A stretch of 63,809 bases of DNA, filler included, from Collodictyon triciliatum (Eukaryota): NCBI GenBank assembly GCA_043381765.1. It is 8 parts of 8 records of this genome, joined end to end, with 100 filler letters (N's around TTAATTAATTAA, not from the genome) between each part and the next. Parts side by side here need not be neighbours in the genome. Positions count along the whole stretch, not along the records: positions 49,336 to 57,800 come from JBHJMP010003432.1; positions 57,901 to 63,809 come from JBHJMP010003444.1; 6 more parts are not named here. One strand, 5' to 3'. The notes under the pieces are model-generated. The model saw nothing but the letters and a program-made list of their open reading frames with translations. It was not told where the DNA came from and did not search any database. The stretch's first letter is position 1. Every line of letters starts with the position of its first letter. A program made the position numbers and the translations under genes. Positions 55,401-63,809 of the stretch are shown here, piece after piece.

Positions 55401-57671
55401 TACAAAATTAATAATTGAGTTATTTTTCAAAAAAAAAATTACTTTCCCTCAGCCAGAGATACATGACCATAGTTCTGATACGACATTGCTACGAAAGGGT
55501 GTTCATCACCAGCTTTCTTTTGGCGGATTTCCATAGCTTTTTTGTATTCAGCCTTGGCCTGCTCAATCCTTGATGCATGTTTTTCAGTATTAATAAAAAA
55601 AAAATATCAAAAATTTGTATAAGAGAAAGGATATGAACGTAAAAGCACGGTAGAAACACCAAAAGATGACCAAAAATTACTTTGACTGCTTCACGTAGAT
55701 GTCTCCGAAGCGGTCGTAAGATTGAGCTACTTGCAAGTCGTTCTCACCCAGCTGTTCAATTCGCAATTGCAACGATTTCTTATATTCTTCAAATGCTTTA
55801 TCAATTCTGTATTGAAATCAAATAAGAATTGATGTTCTGGCTGATTTACCATCGATTACATTCATATAATAGACACTGGTCTTACTTATTCTGTGTCTGA
55901 TATATTATTCCCATCTCTTCATAAATGGTGGAAATATGCTGATAATTATCCCTATTTTTCTCCAGTAAATCCAGGCATTTCTTATAGTGGATCATGGATT
56001 CGGTAAAGCTGTTCAGGTATAGATTTAGAGAATTTTTCCGCAGTAAAACATAATGGTTATTTCATAGCCCCTAATTAAGATTTATTTTATTATATTTACT
56101 TTTGGATATTCTTGTAGACACGACCAAGATTCAAATAGTCAGCAGCTTTCGAATCTACGCATAGATAAATACAAATATTTTAATATAATTTATTTGTTGA
56201 CAATAGGTACATTTGAAACAGTAAGGAATATACCCTCTATTTGATGCTTTACAAGACGCGTATTAAGGATTGATAACAAAAACGAGTTTTCGAATGATTC
56301 CAGGAAAAATCCAACAAGTAATTCTCCCACATTATCCAAGGACTGAAAAAAAAAAAGCCGTATTGACTTATTACTAATAACTTCAACATGCAATCGTTTT
56401 TTTTCTTAAGGAAGTAAATAATTAATGCTCAACTTTTTTAAATTTTTTCATACTTTTGCCAGAGTTCCGTATGCATCTTTATAGTTTGCTGCTCCACTTG
56501 CGTTTATTACCCTCCAGCATGTAAAGAATTCGTAGCGATAGCGACCACCAAGCATGACACTGATTACCTAAGAATATTCGTTAGGATAATGCCAATTGAT
56601 AAACTTATGATGGCTTTCATAATATAAAGAAATTACATGTGTTTGCTTCATGTATTCAACAAGCAAGTCAAGCGAATTGCCATTCAGAAGTTGGTAGCAT
56701 ATCTCGGCAACAAGCTCCTCATCGGCATCAGCAGCCTCAGCGTATTGGCCAAACAGCCATTTTCCGTATTTTTCGTGCGTTTTTTCGATTTCTTGCTTTT
56801 CGGAGAAGTAGAATTTTTTGGTGGTCTCCAAAAGTAGCTGGTGAAAGTACATATATCTATCGATTTGGATTCAGATTGGGATATTGATAAACAATTTTTT
56901 AAAATGGTAATATATAGCCGCCGTGATTGAAAAAGAAATTAATTTTAAAAACCTTCCATTTCGAACAAAAAGTGATTCCATCAGAGTGAAAAAGAAGGAC
57001 TTCCTGTTCGATGATATACGGACAAGTGAGTTTTATGGGAATAATGGATTATGCAAGAAATATTTTTTAGGTGAAATAAAGCTCCACCATTCGGTTAGCT
57101 CGAATCTTGTACCAATCGTATCTTTCATGTACTTGTCCAAATCTCCTTCACTCAAACCGATGCGAGAAACAAAGAGCGCCTTCATTGAAGCGGCAACGTA
57201 CTCTACATCTGAAAATCGCGATGTGGGGATATTACATGATAATCAAAAAAAATCACAAGGTCAAGTATCACTGCCGACTTACCTTCGTTGTCAAACTTCA
57301 ATTGCCAGCGATGGATAATAAGAGTATAAAGCTCGATGACACCATGTGTCGAAAGTAGAATTCCCAATTCTTCATCAAGTTTCTCGTAAACACCGAAAAC
57401 CCTGACTTCATCCAGAATGATCCGAAGATAGAGTGGATGTCCTAAATATAAAATACATAAGTTTATTATTTAATACTGCATGAAAGAATTTTAATCGAAA
57501 CATATATAATGATGCCCCACCAGTATCTTTCAAGTCAGCCAGAATCATCCCAACTTGCTTTTCATTCAAGGATTTGTCATAGCGAAGGAGGAATGATTCG
57601 ACGCTATCCATCACTTCACCTTCAGACAACTTGGTGACAGGAATCGGCTGCAAACCGCCTTTCTCGGCAGA
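52402..57671 (-). CDS. NPHP3/TEP1-like STAND (NACHT-associated helical region) + TPR + pentapeptide repeat + 7xWD40 + Sel1-like protein; 5'-truncated
   Basis: LLRYDKSLNEKQV..TGHPLYLRIILDEVRVFGVYEKL..SRIGLSE..YFHQLL (the P-loop itself is off-contig), kinesin-light-chain-type TPRs (LGENHPNVVSCYDAIG), ASDAITLLN..ANLSNSILDGADF, and seven 45-aa GH..WD repeats. Confidence 0.9.
52828..53748 (-). repeat. Seven tandem 135-bp coding WD40 repeats of high identity
   Basis: The motif QGPNGENW recurs every 135 bp (e.g. GGTCC at 53561 and 53696). Confidence 0.97.
55200..55360. repeat. (AATGAAC)n heptamer, intronic
   Basis: Directly visible. Confidence 0.95.
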
Positions 57672-57800
57672 CTAAACACATCAATTTTAAGAAGAAGAAG
57701 AAGGAGAAGAAGAAGAAGAAGAAGAAGGAGAAGAAGAAGAAGAAGAAGAAGAAGAAGAAGAAGAAGAAGAAGAAGAAGAAGAAGAAGAAGAAGAAGAAGA

Positions 57801-57900
57801 NNNNNNNNNNNNNNNNNNNNNNNNNNNNNNNNNNNNNNNNNNNNTTAATTAATTAANNNNNNNNNNNNNNNNNNNNNNNNNNNNNNNNNNNNNNNNNNNN
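57801..57900. other. Artificial contig linker
   Basis: N44-TTAATTAATTAA-N44. Confidence 0.98.
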
Positions 57901-58046
57901 TGTTTTCGTCTCTTTTTTCGGTTTTGTTTTGTTTTACTTTTGTTTCTTTCAAATGTTTCTATCATGGCAATAGAATTTAAATATGTTATTATATTCAAAA
58001 AAAATGCCATTGACCATGGCTGATGTGACACTTGCAATAATTGTAG

Positions 58047-58169
58047 ATACTCCATGAACTCGAGGATAGGATGAGAAAGATGCAACAATTAGTCGATCAA
58101 AACAAGTATTCCTTCTCTTTTCTCTTTTCTTTTTTCTCTTTTCTCTTTTCTCTTTTCTCTTTTCGTTTG

Positions 58170-58200
<31 letters not shown>

Positions 58201-60211
58201 CTTCAAGTTTTTATTTTATTAGAGAAAACGGATTCAGTGACCTTGATGGCGTGTCTGTTGTGCGGATGAAAGACTACCAATCCAGATTTTTGCCACTTGG
58301 AAAACTTCTTTCAAAGGTTTCGCATCTCGGACAGTTAACTCATTTATCAAAATGTGTACAAACAGAGGCCTTTCTATTGATCTTTCGTCAAGAGACACGA
58401 GAAAAAATATATCTATTTAATAAATTCCCATCTGATATTTGAGTTGTAACTGCTCATCATCCTTATATGAACCTCCATTCACCTAGGAAGATAATAAAAC
58501 TGCTGAGCCAACTCAAAATACATACGAGCTTCCACCGATTATTTTAGAGTACAGAGAAGAGACTTTACCTACAATCATCCCAGCGAAGGAAGAGATAACT
58601 GTACTGCCTGGCGTCAGTTTTGTGGAGGAACAGGCGCAATCTGGTTTACAGCCTTTATCGGATGAAAATCCCCAAGAGTCTGCAATGCGAAGGCGCATTA
58701 CAACAAAGATTCGGGTTAGGCGCTTTAAAATAACTATAAGCGCGCTTTTTATTTTGTCTGTGAATAATATAAATGCAATATATCCGTAAAATAAATAATT
58801 AGGATAAAATAAAAATATGTTTTCCATTTTGTTGCAAAGACGTTGGTTTTACCCACTTTGAAAAATCATTTGTGATTGATTAACTTCTCTCATCAATTCT
58901 TTCACAAAGTTGTAATTAAAAAGTGATTTTTTGTGGTGTGAACTTCATATTAAAATATCTTTCTCCAGGAAACTTCTATCACATTTGAAAGAGGTTTATT
59001 TTCTCTTAAAAAAAATGTACCAACGTACTCAATGAATCCATTATCGAAAAAAAGAGGCTCTTTTTTTTTATCGAATTAACGCTATTATTTGTTTTATTTC
59101 TTCGATATGAGAAGAGTCATTGTTTGCAGGGCGCACTGAGATAGGAAGAGAAATGGACAGGTTGGTCAATAAAACGCTTGCTATTATCTTATTACTACTT
59201 ATTATGTGATTTGTCGGTGAATAATTTATTTCATAGCGAAAAATATCACACGTCGCTGGAGAAATCAGAGAGATTCAACCAAGCGATGAAATCATTCGAT
59301 ACACGTACGGAAAAAAATCATCGCATGATGAAATGTCTCATTTTATTGCAAAAGGAAAAAGAAAATTAATAAATTGTCTTTTTCCTTTTTTTTTGCTATG
59401 TACCCCACAGAGGAATCATAATTCATGATAAGAATTATATAAACCTGCGAAATCAACACCCCTTTAATTGAAAACTTTAAAACAAATAGAGAAAAATGAG
59501 CACATCGATGCTTTGATAGAGTCTGCACAGCTCCTCAAAACCCAAGCTAAGGAAATGGGAGAAGTCTTGAGAACAGATTCTGCGGTCTGATTTATATGTT
59601 GACAATCATAATTGAAATTCGTAACAGTACTTGAAACTTTTTTCCTTGATATTTCTTTTCTATCAAATATTTGATATTTGAGAACAACAATATAGGTCAT
59701 AAAACAAACAGAGGAGATTGTCTCAACAACATCTGTTTCGATGACGAAGACGAACAAAGATTTAAAGGTTTGCATCGCCCAAACCTTCGTTTATACTTGC
59801 CTCTCATACATTCTACATCTTACTCTGCGAAAGTCAATCAAATGAATCCAATGTCGCTTGACATGTCCTGCTACTAGACCTGTCTCTGCTGATATTTTCA
59901 TCTGCGATTCAAGAACATATATTTTTTTTATTTTTATAAAACACATTAATTTAAATTTTACATTAGAAATATCGAAATGAACTTTCCTTTTTTTTTTCTT
60001 TTTCTTTTTTTCTTTTTTTCTTTTTTTCTTTTTTTCTTTTTTTCTTTTTTCTTTTTTCTTTTTTCTTTTTTCTTTTTTCTTTTTTTTTCTCTTTTAGGAG
60101 CAGATTAGTTCGTCGTGGAGTACGAAATGCATGTCGTGGGGGATAATAGTTCTGGCCACTTTGTTTTTTTTCATCACATACTTTGTCATCAGACTTTTTC
60201 GGCACGGATAA
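58047..60211 (+). CDS. USE1: Vesicle transport SNARE USE1 homolog (5'-truncated)
   Basis: EHIDALIESAQLLKTQAKEMGEVLRTDSA|VIKQTEEIVSTTSVSMTKTNKDLK|..SWGIIVLATLFFFITYFVIRLF*: Qc-SNARE motif plus tail anchor, resembling Use1 EMLGLARSLKTN..IKKDNQTL. Confidence 0.8.
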
Positions 60212-60611
60212 ACTTCGAAATGGAAATAAAATAAAACTTTGTGGCGATGCACATAGACCGAAGAAAGACGCAGCTGATAATTCACCCAGGAATGTCAAAA
60301 ACGGCTTTCAATTGTTATTATTATCATTTTTCTATCTCGATCTGTGTCCATATGGGAATTAATTGTGCCCATCTCGAAGAAAATGACAAAATCAACAATA
60401 GAATCGCCGTTCTCTTCCACCAATAGCTGTTTTAAAGGATAAGAAAATCGAGAAATTTCTTTTATTTTTCCTCCTTTTTCTTCATTATAATATTTCAATT
60501 CTAATAATTCTTTGCTAAGAGAACTTAAAAAAAAATGTTTTAGCGCCCTTATCTGTGTTTATATTCTCGTTTTTATAAGGTTGTCCACGTGCTTCGGGCA
60601 TCTCGATATGT

Positions 60612-63519
60612 TTACGGGCATTTCTTCTCCACAATTCCTTTTCCATGTTCCTTTTTAAAAAAAAAACAATAATAATTCAGCAAGCCAATTTTCCAAGTAA
60701 TGGTGATATATCAGAATGATTCGAGTACAAGCATAATTTATTGCGATGGAAAAAGCAAAAACAAATACATCAATTCGATATCTAACAAATCTCTGATTGA
60801 TTCCGATAACAGCCGGAAAAATAACGACAATAACAATAATTGACCACGAATTTAGTTAATAATTTATCAACCGCATATTCCAATTGCGAAATCCACATCT
60901 GATGGAAGGAACCCAGCGACCCAAGAATAGAACCACCCAGCCAGGAACCAAAGCGACGCTCTGGATTCGTGGCCACGTTTACTTTGATGCGATTCATCTA
61001 CAAATGCGACGTATGGAAGAATCAAATAATTTAATCTAAGATACTACATGAATGAGAACAGCCTTGTCAAGAGAAAAAAGGAAGTGATAGGGAAATTAAT
61101 TTGGACTCTTGCTTAGTATTCTCATTTGATTGCGACCAATTATCGATTAAATGCTTGCGAATGACAATACTCTAATTAGAAATGTATGTACCTGACTCGA
61201 TGTCAATGACTCTGAAAGTTCTTTATTCAATCGGGCTTGGAACCCATTAAACAGGGTCGAGCCGCCTGGCAGGCATAATTGAATCCGGTTAGTATTGTTT
61301 GAATGCAATGTGGCACATGCATCATAATGAAAAGACAAAGAAACAGGGCATTTTTTGGGCGTGCAGAAAAAAAGTGATGTAGCATTTACCGAAGCCAAAA
61401 CAATAATCATGATTGATTTTAATTTCAAACATATAGTACGTTTACAAGATGCAGTGGAATAATTAGTCCATCAGAACGAACAATACTGACCTGTCAATAC
61501 AATATTGGAAGTCAACTCGCGGCGGATGTCTGCATCGCACAGACCGATGCTTTTGGCCGCCATTTCTTGTATGGAAAGGCGCGGTCCCTCCCAACCTTGC
61601 ATTGTACTCTACATGAAACCGTGTTATGGGTGTTGTGAAATACCCAAGCTGAAATTTACATATTGTTGTGTTATTTTTTCCATTTTCTTTCTTTCATTCC
61701 TATATTATTGAAAGAATGATAAAGAATGCAAGAAAGATAAAGATAGGATTAGCGATGATGATTTTTAGAGTGAGATTTACTGGGTAATATGCAGGGTTGA
61801 ACATAATTTCTGGAATTGAGAATCGCTCTGTTCCAATATCAACGAATCCGCCTTGAGAAAGAAATAAAATTAAATAAAGAAATTAAATAGGCCGAAGGCA
61901 GAAAAATTAAGTATGTTCTCTTTCCTTCAAAATCTCTGGGGAACATTACTCATTGTATGCAAATATCTTGAACGTTACACTTATTGCCGAACAATATTAG
62001 AAGAAATATCCTGTGACAAAAGATACAGAAGATGGGAATAGTACAAACCGTCTGGAAGTTCATATGACAGATTTGGAATATTTGCGTGTTCTCTGGGATA
62101 TTTAGGAATTTTTTTAGTTATTTTAAATAACCTTATTTTAGTCGAAAAATTACTCACTTTAGATCCGTTTAAAAAAAAGGTAATTTTAACAAACTTCAGT
62201 TGTATGAATTTTTTGATGAGAGAAAAAGTTTGGACATAATATAAAGATAAGAAGAAGAGAAGACACCTTTCGCTGAAAATAGTCTCAGATACACGAAGAT
62301 AGCTTTCCTTGATATCTCTGACGATATCCTGAATTAAATGTAAGTGAAATGAGACACAAAAAAGAGAGGTGCAAGAAGTAGACTTACCTCTTTTTAAAAT
62401 TTAATAGCTAAAAAACCAAAAAAAATAAGTGTAAACTAAGACTTTTTTTAATGATAAGATGAGCGAATGTAATTCAATTTATATTTAAAACACCAGTTTC
62501 CGAAATAGCTCATAGCTTTTGTGCGTATTCTGAACATTTGTGGCTATTGCCTGCGAAAAAAAAAAATATATGGTAACTAAAGTATTTGATGATTCATGTC
62601 CTCATCGGTTTGAATTGCAAACGATGTGTAGTAAATAAGACCTAGGTCAACAGAAACTTCACGAATAAACTCCATTACAGAAAAACCAAACCTTCCCAGC
62701 TTTTTTCGTGAACATGTATGATGGTCTGATTTGATAGCCTTTTGACTCTAATTTGTAGAGGAGGACTAATTGGTGTGTAAAATGGCATCAGTAATTATGG
62801 ATTTGAGATCCTTCCCCTTTCTCTTTAAAGATTGGCGATTCTAGAGGACATGATGAATGTAAAGGACCATGAATATCCTGATTTAAACATTTCATTGGCA
62901 TGTATTGAGAGGCATCCGAGGAAACAATCCTTGATGTTAGTGACCATGTAAAACTCATCATTAAAGTAACACTGACCTTTGTTAATGTCGTCTCCACCAA
63001 AATTTGTTTTCAGGGATGCTGAAAGTAGTCAAAAATTAGATTGATTTTTAAGAAGCTGTGTATGGATTATATTTCACGCATGCCACAAACATACATCGGA
63101 CGAGGGGATAGCCATCATGCACAGGAACAACACTCGTGTTTGAACCCCCGCATTCGATTACAAGCGCGGTTGACTTACCATTTCCAAAAGTAATGCGTTG
63201 TTAAGAAAAGAAATAATGTGGTGGATGATAACCATGAAAAACAAACTATACTTCAGCCATGGTTAAATATATATCTAGGATAATCGCAATTTTTTCTCGA
63301 TTCGATAATATTGTTTTGTCATAGACAGTTTCCTTGTGTAGAGTATAAACTTCATAAAATATCAACAAAAAGGGATATGCCGACAAAACGGCACTTTTGC
63401 ACAGGAAAAATGCCGGGACTTTGAATTTCTCAAACATGTACTCCGTGAGAGTCTCCCGGGCTTTTTTGTTGCTGAAATTTGATTCGGAGATCAGGACTGG
63501 GTGCAGTGTAGAATCCAAT
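60612..63519 (-). CDS. ARP4: Nuclear actin-related protein 4 (ACTL6/BAF53), 5'-truncated
   Basis: [108 protein letters not shown]. Confidence 0.96.
63190..63378 (-). other. U12-type AT-AC intron in ARP4 (189 nt)
   Basis: 5' site GC|ATATCCCTTTT, branch site CTTTTCTTAAC ending 10 nt before the 3' end ..ATTAC|TTTT; splicing restores conserved AVLSA-FGNGKST. Confidence 0.93.
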
Positions 63520-63809
63520 CTAAGTACAAAGCATTTAACGAGTTGTATACAAATTATGCGTTGATGAGGATATGATACTTTGTAAGTCAGACTGCTCTTA
63601 AGTTAACGCATTTGCGAATTATTCAGTCATTGTATTTATCAAGGAAAATGAAGATGTTCGAGTATTGAATATAAGCACTTGTCCATTCTTTTTTCTTCTT
63701 TTTTCTTCTTTTTTCTTCTTTTTTCTTCTTTTTCTTCTTTTTTCTTCTTTTTTCTTCTTTTTTCTTCTTTTTTCTTCTTTTTTCTTCTTTTTTCTTCTTT
63801 TTATTTCTT

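Noticed and set aside
55625-55637. ATATCCTTT on the minus strand in the TPR gene (similar motif near 862-870)
   Set aside because: Both lie inside ordinary GT-AG introns whose boundaries already restore the protein.

Overview
This is AT-rich, intron-dense eukaryotic DNA, read in the standard genetic code. The organism is probably a unicellular flagellate, because it encodes the basal-body protein LRRCC1/VFL1. The window is not one locus. Eight unrelated contigs (the six complete ones ~8.4-8.5 kb) are joined by artificial 100-bp linkers (N44-TTAATTAATTAA-N44), so gene order across a linker is meaningless. Manual splicing recovers the following genes in order. Contig 1: an SLC33A1/AT-1-like acetyl-CoA transporter and an uncharacterised multipass membrane protein. 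Contig 2: nicastrin and a PP2C 3' end. Contig 3: taxilin, an F-BAR/HR1/SH3 protein and a TmcB-like 5' end. Contig 4: two tandem paralogous sequence-specific HMG-box genes, an SGNH-esterase remnant and a LINE ORF1 remnant. Contig 5: a two-domain membrane nucleotidyl cyclase and prefoldin-2 exon 1. Contig 6: LRRCC1. Contig 7: a decayed L1/Tx1-like LINE and an NPHP3/TEP1-like STAND-TPR-pentapeptide-WD40-Sel1 protein. Contig 8: USE1 and ARP4/ACTL6. The most notable observations are: (1) two AT-AC U12-type (minor spliceosome) introns, one enclosing an in-frame GT-AG intron (candidate twintron); (2) an NLR-like chimeric receptor with HET-E-style near-identical WD40 repeats in one intronless exon, plus an in-frame TAA cutting off further intact exons; (3) a tandem MATA/alpha-box-like HMG pair, a speculative mating-type candidate; (4) a cyclase with inverted C1/C2 catalytic halves. 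All gene models are manual and no database searches were run.
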